A stretch of 64,000 bases of DNA, taken from the human T2T-CHM13v2.0 reference genome, Homo sapiens. Numbering within the stretch: position 1 is the first letter of the stretch; each line of letters starts with the position of its first letter. The notes under the pieces were generated by a model. It did not search any database. It was not told where the DNA came from and saw only the letters and a program-made list of their open reading frames with translations. Shown one piece after another: positions 61,516 through 64,000 of the stretch. The DNA is taken from assembly GCF_009914755.1 (NCBI RefSeq), contig NC_060947.1; one strand, given 5' to 3'. The position numbers and the translations under genes are program-made.

Positions 61516-61849
61516 TAAAAACTGTAATTTTTAAAAAATAAAAATTATACAAATAATTTATTTTTAAAAATTAATTAGAATATTTCTCTCTTGAAATTCT
61601 CCCTCTTGATGCTCAATTTTCTAACCTATGACTTGTTTCAAAATAACACAGATGGAGGAGGGAAAGAGGGAGGCACAGATTTTATAAAAGGCCTTGAGTT
61701 GATATTTACCGAAGCTGGGAGACAGTAAATCATATCATACTATTATATCTACCTTTATATGTTTGAGATGTTTCATAACAAAAATTTTTTAAAAGAAATG
61801 GGGAAAAAACATATAAATATATAAGCTTACCTCTAAATATATACAGCGC

Positions 61850-62450
61850 CTGTGAGCAGAATATAAAACTTCATTAGAAGATAGTAAAGAATGCCAAATT
61901 TAATGAAAAGTGATACCAACTTCATATATTGGAAGGCTCAGGATTTTAAAAATGTTGCTCCTTTCTAAAATAGTCCTTAATTTTAATTAAGTCTAATCAG
62001 AATTCTAACTAAAATTTTAATGGAATTTTAGTAATCGAAATTTTATATTGAATTTAAAAGGGAAAAAGTATAACCATGGCATTTGTGAAAAAAAAGTGGA
62101 AGGATTTGCTCTATTAATATTCAGTTTAAAAGTATAATAATTAAGAGAGTGTGGTGTTCATGAAGAAAGAGACATATTGACTAATGGAATTAAATAAAAA
62201 GCCCCAGAAAGAGAACAAGGCATATATAGAATTCTGATATGAAAGATAAAACATTGTAGATTGGCGGGGAAAGAAGGAGATATTCCATTTATGGATATGG
62301 GATAACTGACTATTCATATTAGAAAAAGTGAAATTGGATCTCTATTTGTATCTTACACAAAACTAAATTCAAAATGGATGAAGAGTGTAAATTTGAAAAG
62401 GTAAAAGTTCGATAATTTTACAGCAAAATATAGGAAAATATCTACATGAA
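61850..62450 (+). mobile_element. Old L1M ORF2 remnant
   Basis: ttcatatattggaaggctca…ggataactgactattcatatt…aaattcaaaatggatgaagagtgtaaat. Confidence 0.6.
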
Positions 62451-62462
62451 ATATATTTCCCC

Positions 62463-62717
62463 TTTGTTTTTATTTGACAGGTAATAACTGTACATATTGA
62501 TGGGATACAGTGTGATATTTTGATACATGCACACAATGTGTAATGATCAAATCAGGGCAATTAGCATATACATCACCTCAAATACTTATTATTTCTCTAT
62601 GATAGAAACATTCAAAATCTACTGTTCTAGATATTTGAAAATATACAACAAATTGTTAATTTATAGTCACCCTATGGTGCTATGGAAGCTATAATTCATT
62701 TTTCCTTTTCCTATCTA
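62463..62717 (-). mobile_element. L1MA4/5-like short 3' end
   Basis: gtgtaatgatcaaatcagggcaattagcatatacatcacctcaaa…tatagtcaccct. Confidence 0.75.
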
Positions 62718-63039
62718 GGTATAATTTAAAGCAGATGGTTATTAACACAAACATTACAAAAGGGAAGGGGGATGTGATAAGAGATAGGTAAATGAAGTGC
62801 CTAAAAATTAAACATTCATGTTAAACTATTCCTTCAAATGCAATAAAATGTACATTAACCTATGTGTGATATATTACATATAAAATATATGCTAATAAAG
62901 GGAGCAGGGAACATTGTAGTGAGAAGGTAAAGAGAGCTGATATTTTTTCACCACTGAATAAGGCAGACGCTTTTAATTTGAGTCAGATTTTTTTAAGCAA
63001 CCCTTTCAGCTGTCTCCTTAACTTCCACCAAGGAGATAT

Positions 63040-63041
<2 letters not shown>

Positions 63042-63087
<46 letters not shown>
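63042..63087. repeat. (AT)23 microsatellite
   Basis: Perfect dinucleotide run. Confidence 0.95.
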
Positions 63088-63089
<2 letters not shown>

Positions 63090-63315
63090 TTAAATACATT
63101 TCCCTAAATATATTTTTGCAATAAATAGCTTCTATATATAATGTATATATATAATTTTACAAATCATCATATATATAATTTTACAAACCATCATATATAT
63201 ATATATACACACACACACACAATTTTACAAACCACCTCTGAACTGACCACAAAGTTTAAGATAGGGAGACTTGGAGAAACCGGAAATATTTTGGTTTGAG
63301 AGAAGAGGGAGAGCT

Positions 63316-63459
63316 GCCCTGCCCTGCCCTGCCCTGCCCTCCCCTCCCCTCCCCCCTGCCCGCCGGCCGCGCCCTGCCTTTCTTTCTTTCCCTTCCTCCC
63401 TTCCTTCCTACCTTCCTTCCTTCCTTTTTTCCTTCCCTCCTTCCTTTCTTTTTCCCTTC
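63316..63459. repeat. (GCCCT)5(CCCCT)n GC-rich tract followed by a (CCTT)n polypyrimidine tract
   Basis: Read directly from the sequence. Confidence 0.9.
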
Positions 63460-63584
63460 ATTCTTGCATTTTGCTCACCCACGTTTTACAGCAGAAAGGG
63501 TTTATGGTAGCCAAAGGTACGGTATACATTTTGCTGTTCATTCGAACAAAGGGAACAGATGAATGAGGGTGATTATGTATATAT

Positions 63585-64000
63585 CAATTATAAATCCTTT
63601 TGGTTATCCACAAGAGAAACCCTAACATAATGCCTTAAATAATAAAGACACTAAAGTATCTCACTTCATAAGTCTGGAGCTCCATAGTTCCAAGTTGAGT
63701 TTAGTGGTTATATTAGGCTGCTGTGTCAGCTTCTCAAATCTCTCAGCTTTGGCTTTTCCTTCAGGATTGCAAGACAGATTACACTGCTTCTAATCTGATA
63801 TTTTTACTGCAAAGTATCAAAAGAAATATTAATTGACTTTGCACATATTGCCCAAGTGCCAACTAGGAGTCAGGGATGTGCCACATTCTATAATACTAGA
63901 AGTAGACCCACACAAGGAAGAATAACTTCACCCCTAAATCCCAATACTGTTCCTATTGAGTAACACTGGCTTAGACCAATCACAGTTCATCCTCTATGGC
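63585..64000 (-). mobile_element. Old MLT1 (K/L-like) LTR
   Basis: ttttggttatccacaagagaaaccctaacataatgccttaaataataaaga…ctggcttagaccaatcacagttcatcctct. Confidence 0.5.

Overview
Primate (very likely human) nuclear DNA that is AT-rich and dominated by transposable elements. I find no supportable protein-coding exon, RNA gene or CRISPR array. The long ORFs in the track read through Alu, L1 or LTR sequence, and none of the others has exon or domain support. The window holds four related L1MA1/2-type (L1M1) copies (A 11252-18921, B 34681-41807, C 57628-59750, D 59751-61539). It also holds many solo LTRs with readable target-site duplications (TSDs): MER4A, MST, LTR12C, LTR14-type ERVK and several THE1. 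Six Alus, DNA transposons (Charlie1a, MER8, Tigger2a), MIR/L2 and microsatellites complete the picture. Comparing the sibling copies inside the window gives the most interesting signals. (1) L1 copy A lacks exactly a GT..AG-bounded ~960-bp segment of its 5'UTR, so it is a candidate spliced retrocopy (SpIRE) of an old L1MA family. (2) A 23-nt HERV-W/LTR17-like R-end plus pure poly(A) lies between perfect 16-bp TSDs. (3) About 3 kb of non-retroviral DNA sits between a full and a partial THE1D LTR that share one TSD pair. (4) Two Alus of different subfamily type sit at nearly the same homologous L1 site. (5) Two dispersed direct repeats of non-TE sequence are present. Subfamily names come from my recollection of consensus sequences, not from a database run.
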